From: a phage
Assembly: GCA_033648345.1 (NCBI GenBank)
Contig: GCA_033648345.1_4121.1
Strand: one strand, 5' to 3'
Length of the DNA stretch: 64,000 bases
The notes under the pieces are model-generated. The model was not told the origin of the DNA. It was given only the letters and a program-made list of their open reading frames with translations, and ran no database searches. The position numbers and the translations under genes were made by a program. The first letter of the stretch is position 1. Each line of letters starts with the position of its first letter. Shown one piece after another: positions 27,614 through 36,578 of this stretch.

Positions 27614-28795
27614 TTATGGTAAAATGATAGATTGTAACGAACTCATACCCAATGCTGGAACACTAGCCTGTGGTGCTGGAGAATTCAATTTTGGTGATGA
27701 AACCGCATATGACATTCCTGAACCCAAATCTGGATCAAAAACTACAGCACAATAATTCCCACTATATATAAGTCCATTCTTGTATCCTTGTGCACTTTGA
27801 ATGCATTTCGTGAACGTACCAATATCTGTAGTGGCATTTATTAAGTTCCTCCCACGATAACCGCAGGTGTATATGAAATTATCATCGCCTATGTACATAC
27901 TAGAATCCCCAGAAGAACTACATAGATACGACATATAAGCACGCATGTTTTTAGGAGCAACTGACAATGTACCTGCATAGAATTTATTATTCGAACCCGT
28001 AATATCACCATCACCCAATGCACCAAAACTTCCCCAGCCAGTACCGTAATATCTCTTATCACTCAAAAATATAATACAGTTGTTATTACACATCTTGATT
28101 TGATATATCAATGAAGGATCAACCCCAGGGAATGATTCAGTGAATGTTAGAACAGCCGGATTAGTACTAGCATTACATTGATGATATGTATTAGTACCAG
28201 AGGACAAGATTGTTCCATTAGCTAACAGAATTCTCGCAGTACCAGTACCAGCAGTACAAGCAACTGCACTTCCTGCACTTCCGGTGTATATTTGTCTGAA
28301 AGTAAAGAAACCAACAGTCTTACTCCCTTGTCCACTCCAACCAGTATTATCAACACCACACGCCCATACTGAACCATCTTCCATGATCATCATTACACCA
28401 AAGCGTTCTATTGAAATATAAACAATCTTTTTAGTATCAACTGCACGAAATCTAGAAGTTATATCCGTCCAAACCTTTACACTTACCGAAGTCGCACTGG
28501 AAGTAGGATCTTCACCTGCTATCATTATCCTACCATTGTTAGTCAGATACATTGTCTGACTATAACCAGTACTACAAAACTTAACACTATCAGTCTCTGG
28601 AACTTTTAACCACTCGTTGTAACGTGTTACGTTAGTGTTATTACCTAACTGATAATAGTTATTCATCCCAGATACATATAACACACCATCCTTTATTAAA
28701 CTATAAGTCGCACTATAGTCACTACAGGTATAACGTGTACCCACAGGTCGCTCAACGACGTTCCCATAATCAAACATTCTAACAAAAGGTAACAT
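27614..28795 (-). CDS. RCC1-like beta-propeller repeat protein, MLPF family 10
   Basis: Starts MLPFVRMFDYGN; YYQLGNNTN, FGALGDGD repeats. Confidence 0.8.
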   Translation of the reverse strand: MLPFVRMFDYGNVVERPVGTRYTCSDYSATYSLIKDGVLYVSGMNNYYQLGNNTNVTRYNEWLKVPETDSVKFCSTGYSQTMYLTNNGRIMIAGEDPTSSATSVSVKVWTDITSRFRAVDTKKIVYISIERFGVMMIMEDGSVWACGVDNTGWSGQGSKTVGFFTFRQIYTGSAGSAVACTAGTGTARILLANGTILSSGTNTYHQCNASTNPAVLTFTESFPGVDPSLIYQIKMCNNNCIIFLSDKRYYGTGWGSFGALGDGDITGSNNKFYAGTLSVAPKNMRAYMSYLCSSSGDSSMYIGDDNFIYTCGYRGRNLINATTDIGTFTKCIQSAQGYKNGLIYSGNYCAVVFDPDLGSGMSYAVSSPKLNSPAPQASVPALGMSSLQSIILP

Positions 28796-28804
28796 GATTT
28801 TCTC

Positions 28805-29998
28805 CTATGATTGCCATAACTGCGTTGGCATTAATGTTAATGTTTTAATTAAGTAAGTACCATCCGGTAATTTACTACCTGAACCGTTAAAGCCCCCACA
28901 TGCATATAATTTATAATCTTTAGTTATAATTATTGTTCTGGACCAGTCTTTGGATGCCATAAGAACATTGTCATATCCACCCTGTATCGCACTTAAAGAA
29001 AACGCCCCCCACGAAGTAATTATTGTTGTATTTCCCGTCCCTTCTTGACCATATGTATTGATGCCTGCACTCCTGACATATGATGGGTATTGAGCCATAG
29101 GTGCACCAATTGTTGAGTTACCCATATTACTAGGACACAGGAAACCATCACTAATATTCACTATAACCTGTGAATTCTGAACTGTAGTTAATTGGTTTGT
29201 AGTTGAAGTAGTACCATTCCCAGCTTGTCCAGAATTGTTTCTACCACTCCAGTACACCCTACCGGCAGTAAACCACCAGGTAACATCATAAGTAGTACTT
29301 ATATAATCGACGTTGGTTCGTATTAATTTATTAGTAAAAACGTATGAGCTAGTCCCACCACCACTTTCACCAAAGTTATCCTTACCACAAAACCATGCTT
29401 CTTTATTTGTTTTGAGATAGTGCGTACCCTGTAATGAACACGCCAATTGAGAAACTTCACCCATACCAGTAACAACTGTTAGTACTGGAATGGGATTTTG
29501 GTTACCTGTTCCACATTCGGCATTTGCATTTTTACCACAAACAACGACTCTTCCATCGTGTAGTAATATTCTAGTACTTTCACCTATATGTACACTCTTG
29601 ATTAAATTAGCGTGTACATTTATTTTGTTAAATGCGGCAGTAACATCAGTCCATGTTCTAAAATAACCATTAACTGGAGTTGCATCTCCATAATCGGGGA
29701 ATGCTACTGTATTCCCTGTGAAATATATTCTATTATCCAAGTCAATCATCAATGATCCATGAACGCCTAACCAAAAGGCTGCACAGTGCGTTGCCAGTAC
29801 TGTAAAAGTTGAAACTGCCGATCGATTCCCTAGACCTAATTGGCTCAAGTTATTACCACCATAACCGTATAGTGTATTCGTGGGCTTATGTAGATACATA
29901 GCATTAGTATAATGTTGCTGTAAAACATCAGTGAACTCAACTGGATCAGGAATAGGCAGTTTATTCCCGTACTTAACCATTCTAGCAAAAGGTAACAT
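28805..29998 (-). CDS. RCC1-like beta-propeller repeat protein, MLPF family 11 (close paralogue of 25195-26397)
   Basis: Starts MLPFARMVKYGN; ends LMPTQLWQS. Confidence 0.8.
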   Translation of the reverse strand: MLPFARMVKYGNKLPIPDPVEFTDVLQQHYTNAMYLHKPTNTLYGYGGNNLSQLGLGNRSAVSTFTVLATHCAAFWLGVHGSLMIDLDNRIYFTGNTVAFPDYGDATPVNGYFRTWTDVTAAFNKINVHANLIKSVHIGESTRILLHDGRVVVCGKNANAECGTGNQNPIPVLTVVTGMGEVSQLACSLQGTHYLKTNKEAWFCGKDNFGESGGGTSSYVFTNKLIRTNVDYISTTYDVTWWFTAGRVYWSGRNNSGQAGNGTTSTTNQLTTVQNSQVIVNISDGFLCPSNMGNSTIGAPMAQYPSYVRSAGINTYGQEGTGNTTIITSWGAFSLSAIQGGYDNVLMASKDWSRTIIITKDYKLYACGGFNGSGSKLPDGTYLIKTLTLMPTQLWQS

Positions 29999-30045
29999 AA
30001 TTCCCTCCTTTATTCATTATACTATATTTAATCAAAAAGAAAAGC
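29999..30045 (-). promoter_or_regulatory. conserved -10-only promoter / SD cassette
   Basis: TTAAATATAGTATAATGAATAAAGGAGGGAATTATG. Confidence 0.6.
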
Positions 30046-30061
30046 CAGTACTCATTTAATT

Positions 30062-31207
30062 TTAACGAGGTATAACTATTTTTTTGAATAATCCAGTATT
30101 TCCTGCATTTTCTTCTTCATATGGAATTGTACCCATACCAGCAGTTCTGCCACCATTCCCTGAACCATACAGTTCTCCATTCTTAATCATGAATGTTATC
30201 ATATAACCATGTGTCATTTTATCATATGGAACTGGTTCAGTTATATTATTACATGCTCGCCATGTACTAATAACACTAGAGTTCGTTATACCATCACCTG
30301 ATGCGTTTCCTCGACCAGCGAAATACCATATCCCACCTGCTCTAACGTGTGCTTCATAATTAGAACCACCTATGTAATCAATCGCAGTACTAGGAATACT
30401 AGAAGCTGGTATCTTTGTGATTGTTCTAAGACTGTTAATAGTGCCATTAGTGCCATCACCCAACTGTCCATATATTTGTGAACCGAATACATATAGCCCA
30501 TCACTCTTTAATACGTAATTAGCACTATATGCATTTTCTGAATTTATCTGTAATACTCCAGTAGTAACAGTAGTCAATGTGGTAGTTGTACCAGTCGAAC
30601 CAATACTAGATTTTTTCCCACTGTACTTTAATGTTCCATCATTGTATAATACAAATGAAGCATTATCAGCGGTTACACCAATATCTTTAACATCAACTTC
30701 TGGTGTCAATGTCAGTACTGATACTCTTTGGTCAACAGCCCCAGTAAAAACTTCACCGTTGTTATTGTAACCCATCTTATATAATTTATTATCTATTGTT
30801 AATAATAATGTAACGCCGTTTCCTATAACTATTTTACTATATGTGTCATTCACATCATCAAAAATACCAAGTATTTCTGTCCATACACGATAAGTAGTAT
30901 TAACACCACGATAGATTTGAGCACCAGTACTCCACCATGTGCCATCATTTTTACGTACTAATATTCCGTGTGTATCACCAGTAGTCCAAAATTCCTTTAC
31001 ATCAGTTAAACATAAAACCCACTCTTCAACTATAGTAGGAGAACTACTACCAGTACCTAATTGATAGTAAAAATTATGCCCTCTGCCATATAATCTTCCG
31101 TCTTCTAATAAAATAAACACATTATTCTGTAAAACTTTTACCATCTTTATACCAACTGGCACAGGTGCTTCATTCCCACAATCGAACATTCTAACAAAAG
31201 GTAACAT
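30062..31207 (-). CDS. RCC1-like beta-propeller repeat protein, MLPF family 12
   Basis: True start MLPFVRMFDCGN at 31207; YGQLGDGTNG, YYQLGTGSS repeats. Confidence 0.8.
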   Translation of the reverse strand: MLPFVRMFDCGNEAPVPVGIKMVKVLQNNVFILLEDGRLYGRGHNFYYQLGTGSSSPTIVEEWVLCLTDVKEFWTTGDTHGILVRKNDGTWWSTGAQIYRGVNTTYRVWTEILGIFDDVNDTYSKIVIGNGVTLLLTIDNKLYKMGYNNNGEVFTGAVDQRVSVLTLTPEVDVKDIGVTADNASFVLYNDGTLKYSGKKSSIGSTGTTTTLTTVTTGVLQINSENAYSANYVLKSDGLYVFGSQIYGQLGDGTNGTINSLRTITKIPASSIPSTAIDYIGGSNYEAHVRAGGIWYFAGRGNASGDGITNSSVISTWRACNNITEPVPYDKMTHGYMITFMIKNGELYGSGNGGRTAGMGTIPYEEENAGNTGLFKKIVIPR

Positions 31208-31251
31208 ATTCCCTCCTTTATTCATTATACTATATTTAATCAAAAATAAAA
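31208..31251 (-). promoter_or_regulatory. conserved -10-only promoter / SD cassette
   Basis: TTAAATATAGTATAATGAATAAAGGAGGGAATATG. Confidence 0.6.
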
Positions 31252-31270
31252 GCCAGTACAGAGTACTGGC
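31252..31270 (-). terminator. hairpin terminator
   Basis: GCCAGTAC-tct-GTACTGGC + T-rich tract (minus strand). Confidence 0.7.
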
Positions 31271-31277
31271 ATAGTAT

Positions 31278-32405
31278 TCAAAAAGGTAAATCAATTTGCT
31301 TAGTAATAATAGTATCTAACGGTATTGAACACAATGAGAAATTCTTTCCACCCGTATTTTTAGGATTATATCCATTCATCCATACATTATTACCTTCGTA
31401 AAATGTATTCCAGTATAAAGACCCACTATATCGTGTATTCGAATTGAACGATGTAAAATTGAATTCTTGAAATGCTGTAAAATATGGAAGGGAACTTGAA
31501 CTACTTCCCGTAAATGGGGTATGCCCAGTTGCTATTAGTTTGTTTGTATCTGCATTAATTAAAAATACAACACTAGTCGAATAGTCCAACGAATCAGGAT
31601 GATATATATTACTCATATCACCTATAGTAAAACCAACATCAAAAACTTTAATATGTGCACCACTACCAGCAAAAGTAGTTCCAGTTGCATATATTTTATT
31701 ATCAGATGTTATCATTACAAAACCAACACCAGAAACAAAACAGCATTTTATATCATAAGATATATCATCAAACAACGGAACAAATGTGGTTGCATCACCC
31801 GATGTTGCTTTAACTTGAAAGCTGTTATTTGAACCTGAACCATATACAGTTCCATCGTTTTTAATCTTAAACACTGTATCACCAAGGTAACCGCCAAATA
31901 TATTATCCACATTAGTGTCAAGTACAGTCCACGCTGAAACATAATTTTTATGTCCTAAACCTAATGCACCACTTCGATTCCATCCTCTTCCATAAAGTGT
32001 TCCGTCTTTCATTAATATAAATGCTGTATAACCACATAACATTTTTTTAATTTGGGTAACATCTATACCAGTGAAATACACAGCCCAGTCAGTATATCCT
32101 TGTTGGAAAGTATTAGAATTCGTGAATGCATATGTTGAACCTGAACCATATATTTTATCACCTTTAATAACAACGGAAAACGATCCTAACCATAAGTCAT
32201 CAACTTCAGTTGTGATTTGTTGAACTGCTCCTAACGATACAAACTGTGTACTTAAACCCGCATTATAGTTTGAATCTTCACCGTGTGCATATACAGTGCC
32301 ATCTTGCATTAGAAACATTTCAAGAGTGTAACTAACAACACTTTTCTTTATATTATTAACTTCGATTATATTCCCATAATCAAACATTCTAACAAAAGGT
32401 AACAT
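31278..32405 (-). CDS. RCC1-like repeat protein, MLPF family 13
   Basis: Starts MLPFVRMFDYGN; SGALGLGHKN repeat. Confidence 0.75.
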   Translation of the reverse strand: MLPFVRMFDYGNIIEVNNIKKSVVSYTLEMFLMQDGTVYAHGEDSNYNAGLSTQFVSLGAVQQITTEVDDLWLGSFSVVIKGDKIYGSGSTYAFTNSNTFQQGYTDWAVYFTGIDVTQIKKMLCGYTAFILMKDGTLYGRGWNRSGALGLGHKNYVSAWTVLDTNVDNIFGGYLGDTVFKIKNDGTVYGSGSNNSFQVKATSGDATTFVPLFDDISYDIKCCFVSGVGFVMITSDNKIYATGTTFAGSGAHIKVFDVGFTIGDMSNIYHPDSLDYSTSVVFLINADTNKLIATGHTPFTGSSSSSLPYFTAFQEFNFTSFNSNTRYSGSLYWNTFYEGNNVWMNGYNPKNTGGKNFSLCSIPLDTIITKQIDLPF

Positions 32406-32449
32406 AATTCCCTCCTTTATTCATTATACTTTATTTAATACAAATAAGA
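32406..32449 (-). promoter_or_regulatory. conserved -10-only promoter / SD cassette
   Basis: TTAAATAAAGTATAATGAATAAAGGAGGGAATTATG. Confidence 0.6.
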
Positions 32450-32477
32450 ATTCCTGTATCGAGTACTGGCATTCAAT

Positions 32478-33626
32478 TTATTGTAAAAAGGACATATCTA
32501 CTTCTGTATAACTAAGAATGTTTTGACCAGCAATTCCACCCATTACTACTATTGCATACCCACAATAATATAATTTCCCAGTGTCCGTAAGTATAAGTGA
32601 ACCAGAAGGTGTTCTTACCAAATTACACGAACTATTAAAAGAAGTATACGAAGGAGTATAGGAGTACTGATTAATATTATTACCAACACCTAATTGACCA
32701 CCCCTATTCGAACCAGATGCATAAAGTACTTCATCTGCTTTGACAATATGTGATGCCATGTTAGCAACACATGCATATACACCATATACCCCTGTACTCA
32801 ATAATGTAGGAGTCTTGTATTGAATATCAGTACTAGTAGATGTTCCACCTGTGCCAAATTCATTACCATATTGTGCTCCGTACTGCTTCCCACATGCGTA
32901 CAAATTATTATCCGATTTGATAAAAAATGTACTCTGATAACTTACATCAAAATCTATAACATCCGAAGAAATCATCGTTACCCCAGTAATCGAAGTTTGA
33001 TTACCAGTACCCAACTGGTAGTAATAGTTAAAACCACAACCCCATAAAGTATTATCTTCTCGCAAATAAATGTTACCAACAGCCTTTTTAACAGATGTTA
33101 TAGTACTGACCTTCTTGAATGTATTAAATGAATCAATGTTAGTACCATCTCCAAAGGAGGATATGTTCGATGCGTTATTAGCACCACAACAATATAATGT
33201 CCCATCCTTCAGTACTAAATTTACCTTCATATCATTAAAACTGCTCATGTACTCAATATCAGATACACTAATACCACCTGATGTTATCCACGTAGTACAG
33301 TCCGTCCATAACGTCTTCCTATCAGTTACCCCAGTAAATGCCTTCGTGTTACCAGTGATAAACACTTTACCAGTACCCTTTTCTTCATACAATTGACAAT
33401 CACTACTGTTATCTTCCAATAAAACCCTCTGTACATTCTCTGCACAAAGAATAAATTTACTCGATGCTACACCTGTTCCAGTACCCCAATTCGTCGCAGA
33501 AGATGCATACAACTTATGTGTTAGTGTATCATGCAAATACATAGAACCACTAGAATATATTTTAAAACGCCCTTCTTTCTCAGGTATAATATTCCCATAA
33601 TCAAACATTCTAACAAAAGGTAACAT
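32478..33626 (-). CDS. RCC1-like beta-propeller repeat protein, MLPF family 14
   Basis: True start MLPFVRMFDYGN at 33626 (the track's MNKGGN prefix is the SD); YYQLGTGNQ, GGQLGVGNN repeats. Confidence 0.8.
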   Translation of the reverse strand: MLPFVRMFDYGNIIPEKEGRFKIYSSGSMYLHDTLTHKLYASSATNWGTGTGVASSKFILCAENVQRVLLEDNSSDCQLYEEKGTGKVFITGNTKAFTGVTDRKTLWTDCTTWITSGGISVSDIEYMSSFNDMKVNLVLKDGTLYCCGANNASNISSFGDGTNIDSFNTFKKVSTITSVKKAVGNIYLREDNTLWGCGFNYYYQLGTGNQTSITGVTMISSDVIDFDVSYQSTFFIKSDNNLYACGKQYGAQYGNEFGTGGTSTSTDIQYKTPTLLSTGVYGVYACVANMASHIVKADEVLYASGSNRGGQLGVGNNINQYSYTPSYTSFNSSCNLVRTPSGSLILTDTGKLYYCGYAIVVMGGIAGQNILSYTEVDMSFLQ

Positions 33627-33671
33627 ATTCCCTCCCTTATTCATTATACTATATTTAATACAAATAAGAAA
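33627..33671 (-). promoter_or_regulatory. conserved -10-only promoter / SD cassette
   Basis: TTAAATATAGTATAATGAATAAGGGAGGGAATATG. Confidence 0.6.
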
Positions 33672-33690
33672 GCCAGTACAGAGTACTGGC
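33672..33690 (-). terminator. hairpin terminator
   Basis: GCCAGTAC-tct-GTACTGGC (minus strand). Confidence 0.7.
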
Positions 33691-33697
33691 CTATCAA

Positions 33698-34864
33698 TTA
33701 CGAAAAACGTGGATCATCAAGAACAAACACTGTACTACTTGGACCACCTTGTGTGGTGACAGCACTAGTACTGTAAAGAAAGTTACCATCCGTCATATAA
33801 GTTCTACGATTCGTACAAATAACTCTTACTTTATTCATATCGATATCAGGATTAGGTAATGGACATGAAGTATACACTGATACATCAGTACTTGTTCCTA
33901 TCCCCAGCGTACCTTCATTTGTGGTTGAACCGCTATTCAACCCACTAGCATATATACCACTGCTTGTAATAACAAAAGTGGCGTAGAATGGAGAACCTTC
34001 ACCTATATTTAATTTAGTTCCAGGTGGTTGTCTTGCCGCAGCAACCGCACCATATGCTTTCCCACCAGATGTGGCAAGATTACCAAGAGCACCATACTGT
34101 TGTTGTCCACCATTATACACTGTGTTAGTGCCATCACTGTTAGTGTGGATACCAATAGAATTATAGTTACTGTTGCTATATACTAACGCGGTATTCGAAG
34201 TAACTGTATTTCGTGTATATACTTTATATTGTTGGGTAAAATTACCACTAGTGGACGTACCCTGTACAGTTCCAGTGTAGTATATATATCCGTCTGTACC
34301 AATGAATGAGTGCATAACACTACCTGCAAAAATTTTTTCGGGAGTAACACCTGACGGTATTGTTGATTGTACAAATCTACCCACTACATTTGTTGTTGTA
34401 TTATTTCCCAATTGACCGGAGTCACCATAACCACTTGACCATATGGTATTGTTCTCAAGAAGAACACTAATTGATAATCTTGATAAAGCTATTTCTTTAA
34501 CATCACTTTCTAATGTATCAAAAAATGAAGTACAATTTGTCCAAGTGTTCACTACGCTAGAACTAACACCAATTTGTTTATTATCACCAGAACTATAATA
34601 ATTCCCATCATATGTTTGTATAAGTATAACAGAACTACCAACCCATACTTTATCAACTGAACCAAACGTTCTTGTCCATGTGGTAACTATATCCCCGCTA
34701 TTATTACCCAATCCAAAGCAACCACTACTATCTACACCTCGTACATATAAATCTCCTGAAGTCATCAGAACTGCACAGAATGATTGTGCACCTTTAACAT
34801 CTTTAATTGGCTCTGGTTCAGGTGCAACATTCCCATAATCAAACATTCTAACAAAAGGTAACAT
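33698..34864 (-). CDS. RCC1-like beta-propeller repeat protein, MLPF family 15
   Basis: True start MLPFVRMFDYGN at 34864; SGQLGNNTTTN, YGALGNLATSG repeats. Confidence 0.8.
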   Translation of the reverse strand: MLPFVRMFDYGNVAPEPEPIKDVKGAQSFCAVLMTSGDLYVRGVDSSGCFGLGNNSGDIVTTWTRTFGSVDKVWVGSSVILIQTYDGNYYSSGDNKQIGVSSSVVNTWTNCTSFFDTLESDVKEIALSRLSISVLLENNTIWSSGYGDSGQLGNNTTTNVVGRFVQSTIPSGVTPEKIFAGSVMHSFIGTDGYIYYTGTVQGTSTSGNFTQQYKVYTRNTVTSNTALVYSNSNYNSIGIHTNSDGTNTVYNGGQQQYGALGNLATSGGKAYGAVAAARQPPGTKLNIGEGSPFYATFVITSSGIYASGLNSGSTTNEGTLGIGTSTDVSVYTSCPLPNPDIDMNKVRVICTNRRTYMTDGNFLYSTSAVTTQGGPSSTVFVLDDPRFS

Positions 34865-34966
34865 ATTTCCTCCTTTATTCATTATATCATATTTACCCCA
34901 TAAACAAAACCCTTGACAACCTTCCAGTACTGATGTACTATAGAAGGAATATAAGGAGAACTACAC
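34865..34966. promoter_or_regulatory. divergent control region between the RCC1 array and the small-protein array
   Basis: Minus: TATAATGAATAAAGGAGG cassette; plus: TTGACA(34913)-N17-TACTAT(34936), AAGGAG RBS. Confidence 0.6.
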
Positions 34967-35194
34967 ATGACAAATACTCTTAAGTACTACCTCAATACTC
35001 TAAATGAACTAGAGTACGCGAAGTTTCTCGCGGATAGTTCGTGGCTAATTGAGCTAAAAACACATAACAGTACTGGATGTAACCTTATGCTGAACAATGC
35101 ACTTGATACCCTTGTAGTGAGTATTTTACACAGCACCATCTGCGGGGATAGCAATAAACAATTATCAAAAATCTTAGTACTGGTAGCTCTATGA
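34967..35194 (+). CDS. small Tyr-rich protein, tandem family (divergent member)
   Basis: 75 aa; first gene of array, AAGGAG RBS. Confidence 0.6.
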   Translation: MTNTLKYYLNTLNELEYAKFLADSSWLIELKTHNSTGCNLMLNNALDTLVVSILHSTICGDSNKQLSKILVLVAL

Positions 35195-35403
35195 ACACTA
35201 TGAACATTGAACAGTACTACATTGATGCACTACCAACAAAAGGTCTACGAGAAAGCCTACTGTATACACAAAATAATTATATAAACCTCAAACATTGTCC
35301 TAAACTCTTGAACTCGTACAGGAATAATAAAATAAGAAATGCTGTACAAGGGGTAGAAAGTATGCAATACTATTACATCCTAACCCTTTTAATCGAGCAC
35401 TAA
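35191..35403 (+). CDS. small Tyr-rich protein, tandem family
   Basis: MNTMNIEQYYIDALP...YYYILTLLIEH; near-duplicate architecture of 35602. Confidence 0.65.
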   Translation: MNTMNIEQYYIDALPTKGLRESLLYTQNNYINLKHCPKLLNSYRNNKIRNAVQGVESMQYYYILTLLIEH

Positions 35404-35404
35404 T

Positions 35405-35590
35405 ATGTATAAAGAATTCTACTGTAGTAAGCTGCACAAACAATACAGAGATTCATTTCCCAATGAACCTATGGATATGAATAGTCCCTTTTATAAATTT
35501 GACTTCAGACTGGAGACACGTTATGCAATAGAACATCAATTTCCTGAAACTAAGTACTTATCTATCATGAACCTCATCTTTAAGTTCTAA
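35405..35590 (+). CDS. small Tyr-rich protein, tandem family
   Basis: MYKEFY...LIFKF; 61 aa. Confidence 0.65.
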   Translation: MYKEFYCSKLHKQYRDSFPNEPMDMNSPFYKFDFRLETRYAIEHQFPETKYLSIMNLIFKF

Positions 35591-35601
35591 AAGAGTACTA
35601 T

Positions 35602-35814
35602 ATGAAAACTATGAACATACACCAGTACTACTTAGATATTCTCCCTAAAGATGTACAGTTCATCCTTAAACAAGAATACAGTACTTTAAAAAACCTTAAA
35701 AGAACCGCACCGAATGTATTAATCCTGCACCAAGAAAATGTAGTTGATAATATTCTACAAGGTGTACCAGGGACCGAGTACTTTAACATAATAAGGCTAA
35801 TTACATTACCATGA
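35602..35814 (+). CDS. small Tyr-rich protein, tandem family
   Basis: MKTMNIHQYYLDILP...; 70 aa. Confidence 0.65.
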   Translation: MKTMNIHQYYLDILPKDVQFILKQEYSTLKNLKRTAPNVLILHQENVVDNILQGVPGTEYFNIIRLITLP

Positions 35815-35996
35815 ATCATATATTATACTATTACCAAAATCTATCCGACAGGGACAAGTACACCCACAACTCCAATGTATGGTACTACAAACGCGGTAGT
35901 ATAAGAGACAAACAACATTACTTCTGTATTGCTATAAAAGAAGCACTAACAACTAAGTACACGTACAGAGCAGTACTGAAACTTATTGATATGTAA
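35811..35996 (+). CDS. small Tyr-rich protein, tandem family
   Basis: MNHILYYYQNLSDRDKY...VLKLIDM; ATGA overlap. Confidence 0.6.
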   Translation: MNHILYYYQNLSDRDKYTHNSNVWYYKRGSIRDKQHYFCIAIKEALTTKYTYRAVLKLIDM

Positions 35997-36006
35997 AGAG
36001 AATACT

Positions 36007-36192
36007 ATGAATACATTTGAGTACTATACAAATAAACTATCTATGCCAGAAAGATCTCATCTCTATGTGTGGAGAAATGCGTATAAAAGCGGCAATAAAC
36101 TTATACAAAGAAATTCCCTTACAGTGTGTACAAATTTAATTAAAGCAGAGTACCGCACATATATTGAAGTACTCAAACTGATAGCAATATAA
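36007..36192 (+). CDS. small Tyr-rich protein, tandem family
   Basis: MNTFEYYTNKL...VLKLIAI; track start 35986 is an extension. Confidence 0.6.
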   Translation: MNTFEYYTNKLSMPERSHLYVWRNAYKSGNKLIQRNSLTVCTNLIKAEYRTYIEVLKLIAI

Positions 36193-36200
36193 GGTACTCT

Positions 36201-36380
36201 ATGCAAGAATTCTATATCTATAACCTCCAGCACAAAGATAGATACAACTATAATAAATTCCAAAGGTACTACACAGTCGGAAACAAAAGAGATAAAAAAC
36301 GATACTTTCTATCATGTACAGTAGAAGCACAAAACGAAAAGTACAGGTACAGAGAAGTACTTAAACTAATCTCTATGTAA
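36201..36380 (+). CDS. small Tyr-rich protein, tandem family (59 aa, not in ORF track)
   Basis: MQEFYIYNLQHKDRY...EVLKLISM; fits the family; the track lists only antisense ORFs here. Confidence 0.55.
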   Translation: MQEFYIYNLQHKDRYNYNKFQRYYTVGNKRDKKRYFLSCTVEAQNEKYRYREVLKLISM

Positions 36381-36388
36381 GGAATAAT

Positions 36389-36568
36389 ATGCAAGAATAC
36401 TATATAGAACACATAAACATTAAAGACCGTTTCATGTACGACACCTTCGTGAAGTACTACAACCTGGCAACTAACAGTACTAAAAATATTAATCTCAATA
36501 GCTGCATTCATCACGCACTAACAAAAGATAATCCCTTCAGGGAAATCCTCGCACTCGCATCTGTATAA
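36389..36568 (+). CDS. small Tyr-rich protein, tandem family (59 aa, not in ORF track)
   Basis: MQEYYIEHINIKDRF...EILALASV. Confidence 0.55.
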   Translation: MQEYYIEHINIKDRFMYDTFVKYYNLATNSTKNINLNSCIHHALTKDNPFREILALASV

Positions 36569-36578
36569 AGGAAACCAA

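Noticed and set aside
21580-34882. N-terminal extensions of MLPF genes in the ORF track (MNKGGN-, MPVLDTGISFCIKYSIMNKGGN-, MIYLFEYY..., MATIGGI-, MEILV-)
   Set aside because: The extensions translate the conserved TATAATGAATAAAGGAGG promoter/SD cassette or the tail of the upstream gene. All 15 paralogues align from MLPF, which sits at the right distance from the GGAGG.
36063-36514. Minus-strand ORFs 36063-36263 and 36269-36514
   Set aside because: They are antisense to plus-strand ORFs (36007-36192, 36201-36380, 36389-36568) that match the tandem Tyr-rich family in sequence, length and spacing. The two 59-aa ORFs fall just below the track's length cut-off.
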